Source of the DNA: Octopus vulgaris
Lineage: Eukaryota
Length of the DNA: 64,000 bases
Assembly: GCA_951406725.2 (NCBI GenBank)
Contig: OX597820.1
Location: 57,598,001 to 57,662,000 of the forward strand
Reading direction: 5' to 3'
Part shown: piece by piece, positions 55,882 through 64,000 of the stretch
Layout of the letters: the number at the start of each line of letters is the position of its first letter
Numbering within the stretch: the stretch's first letter is position 1
Translations under genes and position numbers: made by a program
The notes under the pieces: model-generated
What the model was told of the DNA's origin: nothing
The model's database searches: none
What the model saw: only the letters and a program-made list of their open reading frames with translations

Positions 55882-56672
55882 CTGTTGGAGGCATACTTAC
55901 TTGTCCAACGATCAATCGATCTATTTGTCAATCAATTTATAAATTTTATTGTCTTCTCCCTTTTATATATTTCCTTCATTTTCTGAAGATTTCTCGCTAG
56001 ATACCTATTGCCAATAAATTTTCGTTACCTTGTTGTTTAGCAATGTCCTCCATTCTATTTTTTGCCATGTCTCTTTTCCACCATTTTTTAAAAAATTCTT
56101 CCTGTTCAGAGTTTAGTAATTTATCTCCTTAACTTTCTGAGCCAGTTTTATATGAAATTCCTCCTGCCATTTTTGCTAAACTAATTACTTCTTGGTTCTC
56201 ATTGGCTTCTTTTTGTGTCTTGCCTTAAATCTTTAGCTCGTTTTCTTTACGATTTTTTTTTTTATTGCATTTTCATTTTATTTACATCCTTGTTCTATCA
56301 ACGACGCTGTTTCAGTATTTTGGCAGAAGACATATGCCCTTCACTGTCGGGGTAATTCCGGAACTTAAAGAGTTCCTTGATTGCATTTTGGACAGTGTTT
56401 CTCGTGGGAAAGGGTGGGGGAGCTCAACAAATTGCTATGTTTTGGTAAATTGAAATAAAATAACTTAAAGCGGACGAAGAAATCATTATGTGGAGACAAA
56501 CCCATTTCTCGTGAATAAAGAGGAGTAGGATTTGCCCTAAGTATTTAGGGGTGGATTTAGGTAGTGGGATGTGCAGTTGGCATTTATTACTTTAAGAAAC
56601 CACTGCCCTAAGAGGCTATCGTCCCTTTGTGGGAATAAATACTTTAAATACGCTGCGTAGAAATGTGTGTAT

Positions 56673-56713
<41 letters not shown>

Positions 56714-56887
56714 CGCGTGGCTTATTGGTTAGGTTAATCGGCTGATGACCGTAAGGCCGTGAGTTCAATTTCCGGCGGCGCGTTGTGTCCTTGATCAAAA
56801 TATTTTATTTCACGAATCTCTTGTCCACTCAGCTGGGATCTGTTCAGTTTCACTCACAGATTTTTTAGTTAATTTTTCTAAAACTAA

Positions 56888-57250
56888 GGCGGCAAGATGG
56901 CAGAAACGTTAGCACGCCGGGCGAAATGTGTAGCCGTATTTCGTCTGCCGTTACGTTCTGAGTTCAAATTCCGCCGAGGTCGACTTTGCCTTTCATCTTT
57001 TCGGGGTCGATTAAATAAGTACCAGTTACGCACTGGGGTCGATATAATCGACTTAATCCGTTTCTCTGTCCTTGTTTGTCCCTTCTGTGTTTAGTCCCTT
57101 GTAGGTAGTAAAGAAACAGGTATTTCGTCTGCCATTACGTTCTGAGTTCAAATTCCGCCGAGATCGACTTTGCTTTCATCCTTTCGGGGTCGATAAATTA
57201 ATCCCTTTGTCTGTTCTTGTTTGTCCCCATTGTAGGCAATAAAGAAATAA
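56888..57250 (+). mobile_element. SINE family B with Nin/Deu-like central domain (partial tandem duplication in this copy)
   Basis: Head ggcggcgagctggcagaa...gagttcaaattcc and the Deu/Nin-like GCCTTTCATCCTTTCGGGGTCGATAAA..AGTACCAG segment. Other copies lie at about 255-483(-), 6954-7180(-), 7835-8050(-), 11486-11700, 13878-14100(-), 21850-22075, 32362-32576, 35190-35390, 46480-46665(-), 49545-49750 and 49777-50380. Confidence 0.85.
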
Positions 57251-57427
57251 GTAATCTTTTTATAGGCGCAGGAGTGGTTGTGTAGTAAGTAGCTTGCTTA
57301 CAAACCACATGTCTCCGGGTTCAGTCCCACTACGTGAGACCTTGGGCAAGTGTCTTCTACTATAGCCTCGGGCCGACCAAAGCCTTTTGAGTGGATTTGG
57401 TAGACCGAAACTGAAAGAAGCCCGTCG

Positions 57428-57465
<38 letters not shown>

Positions 57466-58281
57466 TATGTGTACGTGTGTGTATATATTTGTGTATCTGT
57501 GTTTGTCCCCCCTCAACATCGCTTGACAACCGATGCTGGTGTGTTTACGTCCCCGTAACTTAGCGACCGATAGAGACCGATAGAATAAGTACTAGGCTTA
57601 CAAAGAATAAGTCCTGGGGTCGATTTGCTCGACTAAAAGGCGATGCTCCGGCATGGCCACAGTCAAATGACTGAAACAAGTAAAAAAGTAAACATTTTGA
57701 AACTTCGTGTATTGGTGTAATTTCTCACGCTGAACACGGTTTACTTTCAACATTTTTGACAAAATTTCGTATTTTAGAAGTTATTTCATTTAACCAAACA
57801 ACGACGTGTGTTCAGTTGAAGAAAATTACTACTGTTTGCCATAGTAATCGAAGAACAACAACTTTCGGGTCATCTCTACTAAATGTCACCGCTCTGATCT
57901 ATTTTATTTTTGTTTACTGCCTGTGTTGCATATTACAAACTTTTTTTTGTTCTCGCATCGGCGTAACGAGTAATCATCGAAGAATCAACACAAAGAAGGA
58001 AAAAAATGTTATTTACATATATTTATTCGTTTGCCCGACGTGTAGTTAGACATACAGCAGTAATTGGAGTGGCAGTGACAAGTTCGCTTGCTGGTTGGTA
58101 GTTGATAGTGTAGAAGTGGCTGTCTGCCAGTAGAGAGGGAAAGAGTAAGGAATGCACGGTGCTGACTAGAAAGGGAGAAAGGATAAAGGTGGTCTCGTCT
58201 TTCGTGGTGGTGGTGGTGGTGGTAGTGGTGGTCATAAGCAAAACATATACGTATTTGTGTGTGTATACGTACCTATCTATT

Positions 58282-58315
<34 letters not shown>

Positions 58316-58323
58316 TCTATCTC

Positions 58324-58405
<82 letters not shown>

Positions 58406-59625
58406 CATATATGTACGTACATACATATATATGTATATAGGTACGCATATATGGGTACAGGACGTCATAAAACGTAAACAAAATTGAGTACGTAAAGAAC
58501 GAGAGAAACTAATGGAAAACAAGACAAGTAACACAAAAAAAGACCCTTCATCTGTTGTCGGCTGTTCCACTTATTTCGAGCAATGAACGACAATATAAAA
58601 CTTTAAAGGCAGTTGCTTCCGCAAACCAAAATAAAATTTGGCATTTACGGAGGGTCAAAGCTGGTAACAAAAACAGGACATACAACAAACCAAACGAAGC
58701 AAAGACAAACAGGGAGGGCCGTTAGGCCAAGACGAAGTGAGGTAGCGAACACTGGAAGAAGATTCTTTGATACGAGAAAAGATAGGAGAGGAGACAGATA
58801 AGAATGCGTCTGGACTGCGCGACAGACTGAAGAAAAAGAAAGATGATCACGTGAAGAAAGGAAAGATGGACGAAGGTCACGTGTGAGCAACAAAAGAGAG
58901 AAAAGGAGGAAGGGGGAGAGACAGACAGACAGACCGATAGAAAACGGTGAAGGGGAGAAAAAAGAATTAGAGAAAGGATGAGAGAGAAAACGAAAATGAG
59001 ATATATATATTTGTTTTCCAATGACATGGTTCTGGATTCAGTCCCATTGCGTGGCACCTTGGGCAGCTGTCTTGTACTATAAGCGCAGGCCGACCAAAGA
59101 GTGGTGAGTGGATTTGGTAGACAGAAACTGAACAGCCGTTGTATATGTGTTGTGTGTGTGTGTGTGTGCGTGTGTGTGTGTGTGTGTGTCTGTGTGTGTG
59201 TGCGTGCGTGCGTGCGTTTATATTTCTGTCCCACACCACCGCTTGACAATCGGTATTGGTGTGTTTGCATCCCCATAACCTAGCAGGTCGCCAAAAGAGA
59301 CTGATATAATAACTACCAGGCTTAATAAAAGCATAATTCCTGGCATCGATTCATTCTGCTAGAAAATTTTTCTAAGTCATGCCCCAGCATGGCTGCAGTC
59401 TAATGATTGAAACAAGTTAAAGATAAAACATAAAAAGTATGTATGTATGTGTGTATGTATGTATTTTTGTGTCGAAGTATCAAGTTTGATTGAGTCAAGC
59501 ATTGTGAATGCCCATCGATAAGGGGGTGCACTGGGCCGAAGCCTGACGATCGAAACCTAACGACAGGCCTGGCATTGTGTCCGGCGTGCTAACGATTCTG
59601 CCGGCACGTCCCCTTATTTAAGGTA

Positions 59626-59844
59626 CGAGGGGGTGCTGAAAAGTTCCCGGCTTTGGGTAAAAGAAAATACAGGAGGATCAGTTAATTATGATTTTATTCA
59701 ACATATTCCCCTCTCAGATTCACACATTTCTTGCAGCAGTCCTTCAGTTTTTCTAAGCCCTGTAAAAGAACTCAGAGGGTTGGGCCTCTAATCAGGCCTT
59801 TCGTGACACGCTTAAAGCCAGCAATTTTTCAGCACTTTATTATG
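59626..59844. mobile_element. Mariner-type MITE
   Basis: TIR cgagggggtgctgaaaagttcccggcttt pairs imperfectly with aaagccagcaatttttcagcactttattatg. TA on both sides. Confidence 0.75.
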
Positions 59845-59910
59845 TATCTTAACGTCTCAAGGAATACATTAATTTGGATACACGTTTCTGTCCGTTTTTA
59901 AGAATATATA

Positions 59911-60592
59911 CGTGGACTGATCAATAAGTATCAAATTTTGCCAAAAGCTTGGCGATATCTGCTCAGATTCCTACGCAAAGTTTTCATCGTTCTCGACACA
60001 ATCAAAGAGATCTTGTACAACTGAAACCCGAGTGTCTTTTTGGTCAGCTGAAAGCAGTTTTGGCACAAACTTGGCAGACACGCATCTCGTACCCAAATCT
60101 TCAGTGATAATGGACTGAACTGAACCGTAACTAATCTACACATCCTCTGATAACGCACGGATGGTGATTCGACGATTTCCCCTCAAAGCTGTACGCACAT
60201 CTGTGATGTTTTTCTCAGTTCTGCTAGTTGCGGGTCTCGCAGAACGTTCGTCGATATCGACATTTTCTTCGGCAATCTTGGAAACGACTGAACCTCTCGT
60301 ACACTTGTATGCGGCTCATACGCTCCTCTTTCATACACTTTCTGCAACTTTGCCGTAGCCCACTGAACAGGTATCGCCATGACAACTTTCTCTGTCATGG
60401 TCAATGCGGCGATCACACGCTACACACCTTCCTTCCAAGCACTACTGTAAACAGGAGGAGTAAGCTAGAACGTCAAAACTTAGTACGGATGCAGAACAGA
60501 GTTCAAGGTCAATGTTTGCAGAGCGGCTTCACTTTGTGTGCTTTAGCTTCGTTACTATGGCAACAATCCGGATACTTATTGATCATACTTCG
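59911..60592 (-). mobile_element. Internally deleted mariner element with transposase N-terminal (HTH) pseudogene
   Basis: Imperfect TIRs (cgtggactgatcaataagtatc / gatacttattgatcatacttcg) with TA flanks. Minus-strand translation reads DERSARPATSRTEKNITDVRTALRGNRRITIRALSEDV*ISYGSVQSIITEDLGTRCVSAKFVPKLL (the WVPHEL-equivalent motif). Confidence 0.9.
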
Positions 60593-61232
60593 TATTATGA
60601 TCTGATGGATTTTTTACTGCTATTTCTAGCTGATCGAGCGATCGTAAAGTGGTTATTTCTCTTCGGCTCGTATTTTCCCAAGTCGTATATCATAGCAAGG
60701 AGGAGTGGGGGTTTGTGTTGTTTCATGAACATGTCTGTGCACGTTATCATAATCTGCGCAAGAATAATATTAGTGGAGGTGGGCTTTAAAAGGTCACTCT
60801 TGATCGTACTAGTCAGTTAACATTAGCTAAAATATATGATACATACTTGTTAGATAATATAGCTTGATAGCAGATTGTGAAGAGGGTGAAACATGAGTGT
60901 TAGCACTGTGTCTAAATAACAGATAAATGTAATGAACGAATTAGCAAGAAGGTATGCGTGCATGTGTGTGCGTGCCTGCGTGCCCATGTGCGTGTTCGTT
61001 TGCGTGTGTATGTGTGGTTGTGTAGAGAGGGGGCTAGTTAGGGGGCTGGGAAAACCATGAAGCAACAATATCTTTCTTGTTTGGACTTGTCAAAATGGTG
61101 AGTGCCGAATTTAAGCGTTCTAGTTCGGTTTGCCGACTGTGACTTATTTTATTATTATTGCCCGGGTTATTCTTAGGAAAATTATGAAAGTCACAAACCC
61201 TGTTTCGAAGCGTCCTGAAGTCAATGTGGCTA

Positions 61233-61746
61233 TCGTAAATCCTCGAGTATAATCCACATTTTTTTCCCCAAAAATTAAAGGTCAAAATCCCTACTGCGTA
61301 CTATATACGAGGTTAAAAATGAATATTATTTTCTAAGCATTGTCCGAGTCTCGATTTGCTGTCCAGCAATGTTTTAATCAGACGCATTTTGTAATGTTGG
61401 GCGCGGAAATACCTTAAGCTAAGCCTGAAAGCAATGAAATCATAAAAGAATCATCCATAACTTGCAATAAGCAACAGTTATTAAACGTTATTACTGTTAT
61501 TTCTTTATTTTCTGCAAACAAAATGCACAGAAAAGCTACACGTTTGCATTATGTTATATATACAATAATAATAAAGGACGTTACCGTATACATTTTTACA
61601 AACCAAGGACGTTATATAGACCTCCTTGACTCAAGTTAGAGAGGGGGCGCGTATTATACGCAAGGCTTAGATTTTTCAGAGGTACATCCCCCTAAAAATC
61701 CCCTGCGTATTATACTCAAGGGCGGACTATACTCGAGGATTTACGG
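61233..61746. mobile_element. Tc2/Kanga-like Tc1-mariner MITE
   Basis: TIRs (t/c)cgtaaatcctcgagtata(a/g)tcc with TA flanks and repeated subterminal gcgta(c/t)tata motifs. A decayed relative may lie at about 33068-33225. Confidence 0.8.
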
Positions 61747-61837
61747 TACATACATACATACATACATACATACATACATACATACATACATACATACATA
61801 CATACATACATACATACATACATACATACATACATAC

Positions 61838-62100
61838 AAGGAATACTGGTGGAATGTACCGGTAAGATCCCAATAAAATGTAAGCACAGCAGACCTGATA
61901 TAATGATTTGTGATGGAGAAGAGAAACTGTGTACAGTTGTGGAAATTAGCTGCTCAGCGGATGTTAACGTAAAGCTGAAGATCACTGGAACTGTAAAAAT
62001 CTGTAAAACTTTCCAGAAGTTTATCAAATATATGTGAGCATGTCTAGATATGCAACTCTATGTATACATGAGAATACAATACATAAAATATACAAATCTG
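61838..62100 (+). mobile_element. 5'-truncated, internally deleted R4/Dong-like (RLE) non-LTR retrotransposon
   Basis: EYWWNVPV, frameshift, IKCKHSRPDIMICDGEEKLCTVVEISCSADVNV (restriction-like endonuclease PD..(D/E) motif), then the terminal TGTVKICKTF motif and a short 3' UTR. Flanked on both sides by (TACA)n. Confidence 0.8.
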
Positions 62101-62128
62101 CACATACATACATACATACATACATACA

Positions 62129-62164
<36 letters not shown>

Positions 62165-62242
62165 TATATATACACAGACATAAACATCTCTGTGTATACA
62201 TACACGCACAAACACACGTGCTTTCATACATACACACGTAGA

Positions 62243-62303
<61 letters not shown>

Positions 62304-62539
62304 ATGTATATATAATATAATATAAATGATATATAAATATATGCGTATATACATACACATATGTACATACCTACATATATATGTATATATGCATGCATAT
62401 ATGGGTACAAAAAACGTTATGTATGTGTATATATATATATATATATACATATATATATACGTATGTATATATCTATATCTATATATATGTATGTATGTAT
62501 ATACATTTCAATACACATATACATACATACACACGTATA

Positions 62540-62606
<67 letters not shown>

Positions 62607-62967
62607 GTGCATATGCGCATAGACAGATGCATGTGTGTGCGTTTGTATTAATTTGCTCTTTCAGGATGAATTCTGTTTCCTTTCTGTAGAAAGATTCAGT
62701 CAACTCTTTTTTTTTTACATATTTTTATCATAGACTTGAGTGTGTGATGTGCATTAAGTTTAACTAACCGGAGGCAATTGGCCCCTTTTGGGAGGAATTT
62801 CCACTCCCAAGAGTAATACTTTTCATTCGAGAAAGGAACTAGAGAGGAATTCACAACTTATGCAAAATATTTTAATTCCTATGCTGGGGTTAAATTATTG
62901 AGGTGCCGGTCACGTAAGCACGCACACACATATACATACTTACATAGTGCATACATACATGCATATA

Positions 62968-63830
<863 letters not shown>

Positions 63831-64000
63831 CATGTGTGTGTGTGTGTGCGCGCGCATCTATGAATTGTCTAAATTATGCAAAAATGAAAATAGCACTGAT
63901 ATCCCATTTTGACAGATATATTTACCAAAATTAGAGTGAATTTATTCAATAAAATCGCCAGGAGTGGCTGTGTGGTAAGTAGCTTGCTAACCAACCACAT

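Overview
AT-rich, microsatellite- and transposon-dense animal genomic DNA. The SINE repertoire and the (TA)n/(CA)n/(TACA)n load look like a cephalopod (probably Octopus), which is inference. Only one convincing host coding exon is visible: a minus-strand exon at 15376-15895 encoding the signal peptide, single cysteine-rich domain, stalk and transmembrane helix of a Wengen-like TNF receptor. Its other exons are only candidates. Most of the rest is mobile DNA: four SINE-type families, two RTE-LINE remnants, an R4/Dong-type endonuclease remnant inside a (TACA)n array, a complete non-autonomous Helitron, and mariner, Tc1, Tc2, hAT, piggyBac and GG-terminal (Merlin-like) MITEs, several with readable target-site duplications (TSDs). 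The most unusual signals are (i) several minimal type I hammerhead-ribozyme motifs, best at 38860-38950, linked to Penelope-like inverted duplications, (ii) a young 1-kb foldback element with 196-bp near-perfect terminal inverted repeats (TIRs) around a tandem array, (iii) GG-terminal MITEs carrying telomere-like TTAGGG cores, and (iv) a structured GC-rich segment at 43.2-43.4 kb. Nearly all ORFs in the supplied track are microsatellite or SINE artefacts. All alignments were done by eye, so SINE boundaries are approximate.
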